Source of the DNA: an archaeon GW2011_AR5
Lineage (GTDB): Archaea > Aenigmatarchaeota > Aenigmatarchaeia > GW2011-AR5
NCBI GenBank assembly: GCA_000806115.1
Contig: JWKQ01000002.1
Coordinates: 174,551-238,550, forward strand
Reading direction: 5' to 3'
DNA: 64,000 nt
Part shown: one piece after another, positions 62,779-64,000 of the stretch
Layout: every line of letters begins with the position of its first letter
How positions within the stretch are numbered: position 1 is the stretch's first letter
Translations under genes and position numbers: made by a program
Notes under the pieces: model-generated
Told to the model about the DNA's origin: nothing
What the model saw: only the letters and a program-made list of their open reading frames with translations
The model's database searches: none

Positions 62779-63849
62779 ATGGCGAATGACTTTGTATATT
62801 TCCTTGTAGGCGGGCTTGTTATCATAGGGCTTATGCTGGCTCTTTTCGGCTTTGATTTCGCTTATGCGCCTACGGGCTCAACGCTTCTTGGCGTAGGAAG
62901 CCCGATTTTTGTGGGTGAGAACATCTACGATGATGTGGAAACACTCCGCGCCAGCTTCTCTGCCGACAATTACCTGCAGACCAGCGTATACGACGTGGGT
63001 TCGCGGCGCATCAGCAGCGGGCTGCTCTTTGGAAGCGACGCGATCCAGGTGGACGTCGGACAGGCTGAAATAGTATCGGTCAGCTTTGACGTCACCAAGA
63101 CGAACGGCTACGGGACGCTTATTGTAAGGCTTGACGGAAACGTGGTTTTCGAGCAGCTATTGGCAGAAGGGCACTATGATTATAATTTCGGCCCTGCAAG
63201 CAAGGTGCAGATAGAAGCAAGAAGCAGCGAGTGGCGCATATGGGCTCCGGCTATTTACGACCTGGACAACGTGAAGGTATCCGCCAACGCTTATCCGAGG
63301 GAAATCAGCACATACACATTCAGACTTAATGATGTTGAAAAGGTCGAAGAGGCGAGGATAGACATGTCGCTTTATGACAACGCAGGCATCCTGATAGTGA
63401 AGCTGAACGGCGACATTGTTTACAACGGCGCCGTAAGCCCGAGACAGACGATTTATCTTGACAAATCTGTTCTTGACGAACTGAACATAATCACATTCGA
63501 CGCCGCGCCTGACTCGAAATTCAGCGGACTCGCCACTCTTGCATTCACCAAGCGCACTTTGCAGGAGAAACAGCTCTCCGCCACAATCAACCTTTCATCC
63601 GCGGAATACGCGAGGTTCGGAAAGGGCACGCTCGCGTTCGATGTTGTTGATATCTTCAGGCCGGGCGGCTACACGATAAAGATAACGAATGGACAGCGCA
63701 CGCTTCTCAGCGAGTACGTCAAGCTGGAGAAAGGCTATTTCGAGTTCGTGCTTAAGAAAGAGCACCTCCAGCCGGGTCTCAACGTGATCACGATAACCAG
63801 CATAGACAACGCCGCATTCCATGTCCAGGGGCTCACTACGCGGCTCTAG
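62779..63849 (+). CDS. Membrane-anchored beta-rich surface protein
   Basis: N-terminal TM then TNGYG.L.V.LDG and FWAP-like (IWAPA.Y.L) motifs. Confidence 0.7.
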   Translation: MANDFVYFLVGGLVIIGLMLALFGFDFAYAPTGSTLLGVGSPIFVGENIYDDVETLRASFSADNYLQTSVYDVGSRRISSGLLFGSDAIQVDVGQAEIVSVSFDVTKTNGYGTLIVRLDGNVVFEQLLAEGHYDYNFGPASKVQIEARSSEWRIWAPAIYDLDNVKVSANAYPREISTYTFRLNDVEKVEEARIDMSLYDNAGILIVKLNGDIVYNGAVSPRQTIYLDKSVLDELNIITFDAAPDSKFSGLATLAFTKRTLQEKQLSATINLSSAEYARFGKGTLAFDVVDIFRPGGYTIKITNGQRTLLSEYVKLEKGYFEFVLKKEHLQPGLNVITITSIDNAAFHVQGLTTRL

Positions 63850-64000
63850 AGCCTTTTTATCATATCGGCGCAAATAGTCATCATGCGGACGGTTTATTCT
63901 AACATAAGGAAGCTTGAAAGGGACATAGAAAGGGTAAAGATGCTCCATTCGCTGAAGCGCGTGACGCACGACGCGGCTAAGCAGGAAGTCAGGCGTCTGG

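Overview
64-kb chromosomal window from a small-genome archaeon. Gene content and tRNA style point to DPANN, probably Aenigmarchaeota-like (inference). Most of it is housekeeping: LeuRS, PheRS, GlyRS, IleRS, HisRS, topo VI, aIF-1A, Nmd3, thermosome, Nop5/fibrillarin, EndA, PINA, a type IV pilus locus, a classical lower mevalonate operon and an R15P isomerase/AMP phosphorylase pair. Two things stand out. (1) Several families of short palindromic elements are dispersed through the window. The main one is a ~95-bp double-hairpin element with TATAG...CTATA ends (about 11 copies, covarying stems, apparent TA duplication); one copy sits in frame inside fibrillarin. A second ~45-bp GACGCC-nnn-GGCGTC element adds a DAKGV-like peptide to fibrillarin, IleRS and AMP phosphorylase. 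An IS200/IS605-type mini-element splits one gene. (2) Ten of 11 tRNA genes carry introns (about 17 in all, about 13 at non-canonical positions, up to 3 per gene), alongside a rare tRNA-Ile(UAU) and an EndA with an extended catalytic loop. Everything was read by eye; no database searches were run.
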